Below are positions 53,284 through 64,000 of a DNA stretch of 64,000 nt, in pieces (position 1 is the first letter of the stretch; every line of letters starts with the position of its first letter). Source of the DNA: Octopus sinensis (lineage: Eukaryota); assembly GCF_006345805.1 (NCBI RefSeq), contig NC_042999.1, positions 139,376,001 through 139,440,000 on the forward strand, in the 5' to 3' direction. Below the pieces are notes generated by a model that saw nothing but the letters and a program-made list of their open reading frames with translations, was not told the DNA's origin and did not search any database. Position numbers and translations under genes: made by a program.

Positions 53284-53611
53284 TAATAATAATAATAATA
53301 ATAATAAGTGTATGAATATTCATTTGAATATCAATATTTTCTCATTTTTTTTTTATATATTATGCTCTGAAATTGCTTTGAATTTGGCGCAGGACTATTC
53401 AAAACGTAACGGATTCCGGCGAGGCGAGTTGGATTTTTTTATATTAGGTATGGCAAGACCTGCTGAGGAGAATTAAGGCACTGGCCAGAATTGAAAATCA
53501 TGATCCAAGGATATGTTACCTCATTCGACAGATTTAAGCTGCTAGGATGGTTAAATTTAGCACCTTTGCTCGATTTCTGTTGATCCGTTACGTATTTTCA
53601 GTGAGATTGAT

Positions 53612-53616
<5 letters not shown>
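52825..53616. repeat. ~240-bp inverted repeat pair (52825-53066 / 53378-53616) around an (AAT)n tract; each arm has a degenerate hammerhead core
   Basis: Arms align throughout at roughly 80% by eye (e.g. GGTATGGCAAGACCTGCTGAGGAGAATTAAGG is exact). HHR-like cores at 52935-52985 (-) and 53459-53510 (+). Confidence 0.8.
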
Positions 53617-53709
<93 letters not shown>

Positions 53710-53747
53710 CATACATACATACATGCATACATACATACATACATACA

Positions 53748-53783
<36 letters not shown>

Positions 53784-54047
53784 TATGTATTTATGTGGAT
53801 GTGTGAGTCTGTGTTTATCCCTGCACGGTTTGATAACTGGAGTTGGTTTCTTTACCCTCGTAACTTAGCGGTTCAGCAAAAAAGAGATCGATAAAATAAA
53901 TACCAAGCCTTAAGTTAAGTATTGTATTCGATTTGGCCGAGCAAATCCCTTCAAGACTATGCCTGGCTGCAGTCCTGTGACTGAAACAAGTATAAGATAA
54001 AATATATATATGAATATGTATAACTATATACGTATGCATGTGTAAAC

Positions 54048-54093
<46 letters not shown>

Positions 54094-54115
54094 GTATGTG
54101 TGTGTGTGTGTGTGC

Positions 54116-54201
<86 letters not shown>

Positions 54202-54866
54202 AATATATATGCACACACACATATACGTATGCATGTGTTTGCTTATGCATGGGTTTATTTATGTTTGAATACCCAAGAGGAAATATGAGAAGGAGAATGA
54301 AATAAAAATCACGAGAAATTGAACAAGTATATACATCGCTTTATTCCATAAGCGTCGATTGTTTTGCCTTTTCGAATGTGTATCGGGTAAAACGTTTCAC
54401 ATTACTTTAGGTTTCGTGTTCAAATATCTACGAGATTAATTTTGCACTTCATCATGGCATGCCGATCACATATATAGCAGCCAGTTGATAGGATCGATAC
54501 GATCCCCATATTTGATTCATATTTATATCATCCAAAATATCTGACAATGTTAATTTTTTTTCCAATAATGTTATTTATTGTTACAGTTTTAGTGATCAAA
54601 TATCTACTTTAATGTTCACTGTGAAACAGACTTTGACTGTTCAGATTATAGATATATGACAAAAGACTTTGATATCTAATAATATACAAATTTATTACAA
54701 AATAATAATACGCTGAAAGTTAATATAGCAATCTGCGTCTTGAACGGTTACAATATTTCTATCACTGTGCAATTGTCACCCATATACCCCATATATACAC
54801 AAACACATTTATACGTATATACATGTACATACAAACACTCATATACACACAAACACACTCAAACAC

Positions 54867-54929
<63 letters not shown>

Positions 54930-55890
54930 TATATAAATATATATATATGAATATGTAAGTACATATATACTTGTATATTGATTTCACTATCCGTTTCACA
55001 CTCTCTCTCATATTAATGTTTGTGTGTATGTTTGCGTGTGTGTGTGGGTTTGTGCTTGTGTGTGCGTGAACGTGTGTATGTGTGTATGTAGGCTTATATC
55101 TATACATTCATGAATGAACTCAAAACAAAGCAAAGCACATTCCCACTTGCATATGAGTTAATCGGACAAAATATTCACACTTTTATTATCTGATCAACCG
55201 AAATATCGTATTCATTGGAAACAGACGTCTAGTTATCTTTCATAAGGTTTTAATCTATATTGCAATAATTATTATATTAGATAATAAACATATCACATAT
55301 TAAATATGGCATTTTTTATAGACAGTGTTATACTAAGATTGAATAACGACCAATACACGACGGTTGCATTTGTTATCAACTCTAATGATATAAAATATAA
55401 ATTCGATCTCGCTAGGTTCGGACCCAAAAGAATAAGAGCACGCGCAGATGTCCTACTGTTATGTCTACGCTACATACTCATCATCTTTTTCATTCCTAAT
55501 TTGGACATTCTGAACCAGTACCGGAGTACTGGTCGTATTCGTTCTACTGGTCAATATTAATCTAAGTGGCCTTGTGCCAAAACTTGAAACCCGTATTAAT
55601 CATAAGATAACTGCACAAATTGCGTATATATTTCCGGCCGTACTTCGTTGAGTTCAGTTAAGTATACAAGCATCAGATATGCATAGAATTACCCATGCTG
55701 TGACTAACTCCCAACAATCTATCACTCACCCTACCCAGGCAAAGACAGGTAACAAAGTGCTCTGTAGGTTTTCTGAAAACGTAAAAATGATATTTATGAG
55801 TTAAACGTTATTGGGGTGGCGGAAGGCCAAAGCCAGGTCAAACTTCGGCACCGTAAACAAGCAGAAAACTCGTAGTTTTACACAACTGCA

Positions 55891-55990
55891 NNNNNNNNNN
55901 NNNNNNNNNNNNNNNNNNNNNNNNNNNNNNNNNNNNNNNNNNNNNNNNNNNNNNNNNNNNNNNNNNNNNNNNNNNNNNNNNNNNNNNNNN
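55891..55990. other. Assembly gap (100 N)
   Basis: Run of N followed by (GT)n. Confidence 1.
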
Positions 55991-56041
<51 letters not shown>

Positions 56042-56951
56042 GTATGTATGTTATATTCAAACGATATCTTTTATCAGTCGGAAGAACATCGACCGATGTA
56101 TGCGAATATGCGAAGACCTCAATTGTTTGCCATTTTGTACTGTACATATGTGTATGTGTTTTTGTGTGTGTGTGTGTTTGTGTCTGTGTGAGTGTACGTG
56201 TGTGTGTGTGTTGTTATGAGTAAAATGCGGCGTTTTTAGTTGAGTTGAGATATGTACTGTGACGTACATGTAGCTGTTATCTACATACATTGCTTCTGTT
56301 TTTGCTGGAATTTTTTTATTTATATTATGCCAACTCGGTCACTTTATACATTTTGAAAGGCTTCAGTAAGAGGGACTCATATATAATGCGTTCGTTCCAA
56401 CCTTTTCTCTCGATCAGTTTGCTTTTTAACACTCATAGTGACCTGGATATGTATACAATATATGCAACTGTATTTTTAAAACAAGGCATTATTTCCTCCA
56501 GGCAGATTAAATATATGCTAAAATATTGAAACTTACATTGTTGTGAGTAAGCTATCTTTCCCGGGATTTCTGGGTTTCGAATTATCGAGAAATTTGGCTA
56601 AAAGGGTAATTGGAAATTTCTGGGATTGCATTCTATTACCCTGGAATTCTCAAAACTTTCAGACAATTTTAAAATGTTTGAGAAGTTCAACAAGTGGTCT
56701 TTCACCCCTTTTAAAGATTGTTCGCGGAAATATTTTTCCGGAAAAATATTAATGAAACAGACAAACCTTCTACCAAAAGAATCGACCAACAAAAAAAATA
56801 ATCATCTTCATAGAAAAAAACGATACCAAAATTGTTGCTATTGAAGGATTTTTCACGAATGCAATAGTTAGAAGTACTTTTTAATGAGGAAATCTATTGC
56901 AGATAAAGGTTTGGTTTTAATAAAGACTGATTCTCATTTCATTTATATGAT

Positions 56952-57003
<52 letters not shown>

Positions 57004-59321
57004 TGTGTGTGTGTGCGCGCGTGTGCGTGTGTGTGTGTGTTTTAATGTGATTAGTGAAATAACTAAACAAACGAAGAACTCTGAAAAATTCAATATTTCT
57101 TGAAATGAATATACAGCTTTATGTAATCGCAGATATTTACGTGTAAATGTACGCTCATCAAGTAAATCCTGGGATTTAGAAACGATCATAATTTATGAAA
57201 GTCGGCCTGAAAAATTATTGAATTATCAGAAATAAAACATTTTCAGTTCAACTTTCATTTGAAAAAAATATATAATTGCAGTTGCACTGGAGGAGTAAGT
57301 ATTATGGTTAAAGTCTGCAAGGATATTGATTACAAATTTTGGTACAAAGACAGCAATTTCGTGAAAGTGGTAAGCCGATTACATTGGCCCTGGTGCTCAA
57401 CATCTACTTATTTTATCGACCCCCGAAATCGACCTCAGTGAAATTTGAATTCAGAATCTAAAAACTGACGAAATGTCGCTAAGCATTTTGCCCGATGTGC
57501 TACCGATTCTGCCAGCTTACTGTCTTACAGTTTGCAAGGATATAAATTGCGAGTATCAGTTATTTTACACAGAGGGAATATCATTTGAGTGTTTGAGAGG
57601 GTTTTTATTTCCCTACAAGAAGACTGAACTTCTCTGGATGTAGTTAGTTTCACTAATGACTTTTGCAACGACCGGTTTTAAGGTACATCGAATTATGATC
57701 AAAATATAGATTCTGCAGTTACTAGTGTGGTTAATAATTATGTTTATCTGCAGTGAATTGTATTTAGTGGTATGGCTCCTATTGCAGATATCCGTGAAGA
57801 AAATTTAAGCATTAGCAATGTCATTAAAAAGATGGGGCAATTGTCACTTCATCTCGTAGATTCCTAACAAAAAGAAATAAAGTACTCCAAAGATGTTAAA
57901 GATGAACAGGATCACGAATTGGAATTGATCAATGCTACAAGATGAAATAGCATATACTTCCAATGTCAGGAGGATTCTTGTATTACAAAAGTTATTATTG
58001 ATATGAACAAACACTTCACTTTTCAAGCAATGAATTTGATGTCATTCATGCTGTTGTATTGGAACCAATTAGAATTGGAATTGAACATCTAGGTGAAAGG
58101 GATGCAACCTCAATCTAAGCAGAAGGCAGTGAGTGTTTTTATTCTAGAATTTAAAAGACAAATGAATCCAGTGTTCCTTTTGTTGTAAGAACGTATCATG
58201 AAAAGAATCGTTTCGCAAAAAAAAATCTGATTGGATTGATGCAGTATTAAAATAACTCTCACTTTTAATTTTGAATCTACCTGATTCATTTATAACTTTA
58301 CCAACTGAAAATTTACAATGTCAGGAAGAAAACGAATAAAAGAATGTTCATCTCTTTGTCAGAAAAATTCTCTATTTCTTATTCCAAATCCGGATCCATG
58401 ATAAATAAGGCATCTATTTCAACGAAAGAAATTCCGATCTAATATGTTCCACTCCAGCCTCATCAATAATTCATGTGTTTCCGACTTCCTGTTCTGGTTG
58501 GTTTTGTATCAATTTAATACCAAAAACGAATGAATGACCGACTTTATTGATATCTAACATGTACTGCCTGACAACATGATAATATATCATTCTTCAAACG
58601 ACATGTATTTCTATTACAATTTTGAGGACACAAAAATACAATACATTTACTTTTGCTCGTTTGCTTCTTTCTTTGCTTATTCGTGGCGTTCGACAAACAT
58701 TGCTAACGTTGGTATCAGTGACTTGTGAGAGGATCCTATACATAATGCAAGTGCATACATTTTTTAAGGAAAAATACAGAAAAGTTTCCAGTTGCCTTCT
58801 GTAAACCCACAAGACGTCAGGAACTCGACACTTCAAGCAAGTGAAATACTTATTTCAATATTGCTTGAGTTCTTTTACTGTTATAATGAATTAGCCATTG
58901 AAAGTTAAGCGCCTTTAGCAGGAGATGTCATGCAGTGTCGAGATGAAATAACTACTGTCACATGCGACCCTTGCCTTGGCCATCATAACCACTCGTAATA
59001 ACTTGCTCACTATTAACCCTTATCGGTGCGGATTGGAAACGGAGTAAAACCGTTTGCTTTGGAGAGCAAATTTAATATAAGACGAGTAAGATATTCCAAT
59101 ATATATTCTATAGCAGCATCATAAAATAAATTTATTATTTTTTCTGTCACTTAATTTTTAAAATCTTCCTTTTGTTTGTTCTGACTGTTACAATAGCTGC
59201 AAGAAATTTGTCAAATCACATCCTACCTTCAAAATAGGAAGAACACATAGGATAATTTAGCCTTAGACACACCATGTCTGAATAAAAGATATCATAGTCT
59301 GTTGGATAATGTTGTTCCTTC

Positions 59322-59558
59322 TCGAGTCATGCCTGGCTCATAAGGGCCGGTTTCCCGGTTTCCTTGGCGTATAGGTTCCCCACCTGAACGGGACGCCGGT
59401 CCGTCGCAGGTAACCTGCAAGATGCAGGAGGAAAGAGTGAGAGAAAGTTGTGGCGCTTAGGTGTTTTGCTCATAAACACACACATCGCCCGGTCTGGGAT
59501 TCGAACCCGCGATCCCTCGACCGCGAATCCGCTGCTCTAACCACTAAGCCATGTGCCT
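59322..59558 (-). mobile_element. tRNA-derived SINE (family B) with a V-domain-like body
   Basis: Head AGGCACATGGCTTAGTGGTTAGAGCAGCGG...GGTTCGAATCCC. Body CCTGCGACGGACCGGCGTCCCGTTCAGGTGGG resembles the V-SINE domain consensus as recalled. Confidence 0.7.
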
Positions 59559-60459
59559 TCACTGTTGGATAATGGATGACATAAGAGTAAACAACGACAA
59601 AAAGAATTATAAACTCTTCAACAATGTCAGTCTTGTGGCGGGGTCCAAAGTAAATGGACACAGCCTCTGTTTCTAGACCAAATCAATTTTTAAAACATAC
59701 GCTCTAAGCTAATCTTTCCTATAATGATTCGTATTTTAGTATTTTGTATGTACTGCCAGAATAATCAACAACAATAACATCAGTAGATATTAAAGAAAAA
59801 AACAAACAACAATTGGTGTTATTCATTCACATTGACTTCTTCATGCTCTGTCGTTGGTTTTTATCTTGGGTTAAGTCTTTGGTTAAGTCTGGTTTTATCC
59901 CACAAATTTCAGCTGCAGTTAAGGAAGTCTTAATCCTGGAATTATCAGATTTTGTTTCGCAAGAAGAAAGCCCAAGCGATTCCCAAAGCACAATTTTCTG
60001 TGAGTCAAAGACAGTAAACAATAATAAACTATACGAAATTAAAGATTACTTTGCAATCCTCATAAAATACAAATATATTTTGGAGAGCAATTCATCGATT
60101 ACTGTGTAATGAGTAGTCAGGTGATATAAGCCAATATGCCATATAGCCTTAGATACAATGCGTCTGGGATGAAAAGGCTAGAAGAATAATGGGATGGTCA
60201 CGGATGGAAAGTCTTTCATTATACACCTGTTATGTCTAGGTTGAACGGGAGGTACACAAACACAAAGGAATCGTTATTATTATTTAGTTTGACTCAGATT
60301 CGGTCTTATTCCTGGTAGAATTTATGTGGGTAGCGGGTTACTACTTGTGGATACCCTAGGCTTCCACAAGTTTTCAGTAATCTTTCAAGTGCTTACAACC
60401 TTCCTGATAAACCTTGCTGTCCGTAAGAGACAAACTTTCTGTAGTTCTACAGGGCATTC

Positions 60460-60498
<39 letters not shown>

Positions 60499-61567
60499 TA
60501 TTATTATTATTTTCATTTTCCTCTTTCAATTGTTTCCATTTCTTCCCGAGTGTCTTCCTGACACCTAGGGCACAGAAACGCACTGTATACATTGGCAGGC
60601 CTTTAAAATAAACACACCAGATTGTTCATTTACAAAGTCATATGATAGAGAAAAGGGAGAAGAAAAACAGAGAGAAAAGGAAAAAATTTTTTAAATTAAA
60701 AGGTAAACAAGGAAAATAAGCGAGGGAAGAAAATTCACAGCGACAATTCTCTTCTCAGTGCGTGTGACATACCAGTTAAGACGATCTTTTGCACTTCCTG
60801 CTTTTTCAGTTCCTTGTCCTTTTTTTTTCTTTTTTTTTATCATTCCAAGTGCTCCTACAATCACTGGTTTGTAACCGTCTTGAGATGCCCCATCTCATTT
60901 TTATTATTATAATTATTATTATTATTATTAATATCATTATTATTATTAATTATTATTATTATTATCATCATCATCATCATCATCATCAACATTCTCATTT
61001 TCCTTCTGCTCCTCCTCTATCCACTTTTCCGTCTTCTTCTTCTTCTTCTTCTTCTTCTTCTTCTTCTTCTTCTTTCTTCTTCTTCTTCTCCTCCTCCTTC
61101 TTCTTTAAAAATCAATCTTCTAGCCTTTTATAAAATTATTTTTAACATCAGACAATCACTCTGAATTCTAAACACCCAACTCTCCTACCACTAAACGTTT
61201 CTTTCTCTAACTCGTTGATTTTTTTTCTTCTATCTTTTGTTCTTTTTCTTCTCCTCTTCCTCCCCCTCTTCCCCTTCCTTCAAATGTGTTTCCTTCTTTC
61301 TCCTCTTACTCCTCAACCAGTGGTTGCCTCAATAAACAGCTGTTCCATGTCTCAATCATTATCATAATAATTCCATAATTATACATGGCCGACTTTCAAT
61401 AATGATGTAGCCCTCCAGTTTGTTTTGACAATCGATTACGCTATCAATAGTAAACACGATTAAATTTCTTATCACACAAACACACGCATACGCATATGTC
61501 TCCGTATGTATATATGTATATATACATGTCTGTCTGTATGTATATATATATATATAGATATATATAT

Positions 61568-61641
<74 letters not shown>

Positions 61642-61865
61642 ACATACATACATATATACATGCATACATATTTTTAAGTGTGTAAGTATGTGTGTGCTGC
61701 AACGATAAAATTGATTAAATTTCTTACCACAGACATACGCACATACATATATAGGTACATATATGTATATAGGTATACAAACATATATATTCATTATCTT
61801 TTATATGTGTGTCTGTGTGTGTATGCGTGTGTATCTGTATGCTTGTATATATATATATATATATA

Positions 61866-61931
<66 letters not shown>

Positions 61932-62237
61932 CACATATACAATATATATTAAAGAGCAGATGGACAATTATAATTATTATTGGTAATTTCAATATTTGAA
62001 AGAAATACAAATAAAAATGCTGAATAACCAAACACTATTCAGAAGTTTTTAATTATGTTTATCAAAAATTTCAATGAATATAGTAGCAAGGTATTGCTGT
62101 TTTAAAAAACATTTGTTACACGGATACAGACAATTGGTCTACCATAAAAATAGCTTCATTTCATTGCGTCTATTTATAATTTTATTTAAACAATTTTAAT
62201 TGTATTTATATACGATGTGTTTATGATATGTGTGCGC

Positions 62238-62323
<86 letters not shown>

Positions 62324-62389
62324 ACAATAAATAGAAGTGTGTGTTTGCATATATATATATATGCATATACGTGTATGTGTGTTCGTTGT

Positions 62390-62399
62390 ATATTATATA

Positions 62400-62431
<32 letters not shown>

Positions 62432-62551
62432 CATATATATATATACAATATATATATACATATATATATATACCATATATATATATATACATATATATAT
62501 ATAATATATATTACATATATATACTACATATCTATACATATATATATATAC

Positions 62552-62584
<33 letters not shown>

Positions 62585-62716
62585 AATATATATACATAGA
62601 TATATATATATATATACCTAATATATATACATACATATATAATATATATATATATATAAATATCTATACATAATATATAAATATATATACATATATATAT
62701 ATATATACACATATAC

Positions 62717-62747
<31 letters not shown>

Positions 62748-62874
62748 ATAATATACATATACATATATATATAATAAACAATACATATATTATATATATA
62801 ATATACATATACATATATATATACATATACATAGATATATATATATATACATATACATATATATATATACATAT

Positions 62875-62965
<91 letters not shown>

Positions 62966-63054
62966 TATATACATATGCATATATGAATGTACATATATAT
63001 ATGTATATGAATAAAAATATATATGTATGTACATATATATATATCTGTATTGTA

Positions 63055-63112
<58 letters not shown>
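62390..63112. repeat. Long degenerate (TA)n/(TACA)n low-complexity tract
   Basis: Direct reading; source of the Ile/Tyr ORFs at 62196-63150. Confidence 0.95.
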
Positions 63113-63114
<2 letters not shown>

Positions 63115-63352
63115 ATGTACGTTCTCAAACAACAGGACCAAGGTACTCAATACTAAAGTCGAGTGTAAATATTTAACGTAGTGTTGATGTTGTTATTTCA
63201 CTACTTGAACTACTTCAAGTTTCGAGTATGCCACTATCACGTGAACAGCAGAAGTCACATAACAGAAAGTATTTTCAACACTGGCAATAAAAATACATAC
63301 GTGTGTGTATGTACAAATGTGTGTACATGTACATACGGATATATGCATGTAT

Positions 63353-63766
63353 AGGCCTGGCTGTGTAGTAAGAAGCTTGCTTCCCAACCACATTGTTTCG
63401 GATTCAGTTGCACTGAGCATCACCTAAGACAAATGTCTTTTACTACAGCCTCAGGCCGACCAAAGCTTTGTGAGGGGATTTGATAGACAGAGACTGAAAG
63501 AAGCCTGTTGTATGGTGTGTGTCTTTGTGTCTGGGTTTGTCCCACCCCCACCCCTGCCACACACACATACACACACACTAACGCTTGACAACTAGTGTTG
63601 GTGTGTTTACGTCCCCGTAACTTAGCGATTCGGCCCAAGTGACCGATAGAGTAAGTACCAGGCTTTAAAAATATAAGTACCACGGTCGATTCATACGACT
63701 AAAAGTTCTTCAAGGCGGTGGCCCAGCATGGCCGCAGTCTAATGACTGAAACAAGTAAAATAGAAG
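63353..63766 (+). mobile_element. tRNA-derived SINE (family A)
   Basis: Collinear with 3580-3966 from head to ...AATGACTGAAACAAGTAAAA tail. Confidence 0.85.
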
Positions 63767-64000
63767 ATATATTTATTCATTTACAAACTCATATATTTTA
63801 ACATACAAATATTTACACCACACATACACACACACACATAATAACATACATACATACATACATACATACATACATACATACATACATACATACAACCCAC
63901 TGACTTGATGTTATTCACGATCGACGAAATGCCGAGAGAACAACTAGCGCAAATTCAAACCCTCAGTTTTTTTGTCGAAGTTTTGCTATATTGTACAACG

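Overview
AT-rich animal intronic/intergenic DNA dense in microsatellites. Its tRNA-derived SINEs and simple-repeat load suggest an octopus or other coleoid cephalopod (inference, not verified). No complete host gene is visible, and nearly all ORF-track entries are translated microsatellites. Recognisable elements are a 5'-truncated L1/Tx1-like LINE sitting in an (ATCT)n tract, an RTE LINE with a 5' inversion and a 13-bp TSD, a full-length but frameshifted mariner, an IR/DR-type Tc1, two partial Tc1 copies, CR1-like relics, several SINE families and a few candidate minus-strand exons. The main unexpected signal is a set of self-cleaving hammerhead ribozyme (HHR) motifs. A ~485-bp tandem and inverted repeat at 5.7-7.6 kb carries one intact type I hammerhead per unit, the architecture of a circRNA-producing retrozyme. 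A different 584-bp unit with a 40-bp terminal redundancy at 10.1-10.8 kb carries another intact hammerhead, and a third intact one lies at 51.7 kb. At least seven minimal or degenerate HHR cores also occur, one within a Penelope-like element retaining its GIY-YIG C-terminus. All structures were read by eye; none has been folded computationally or tested.
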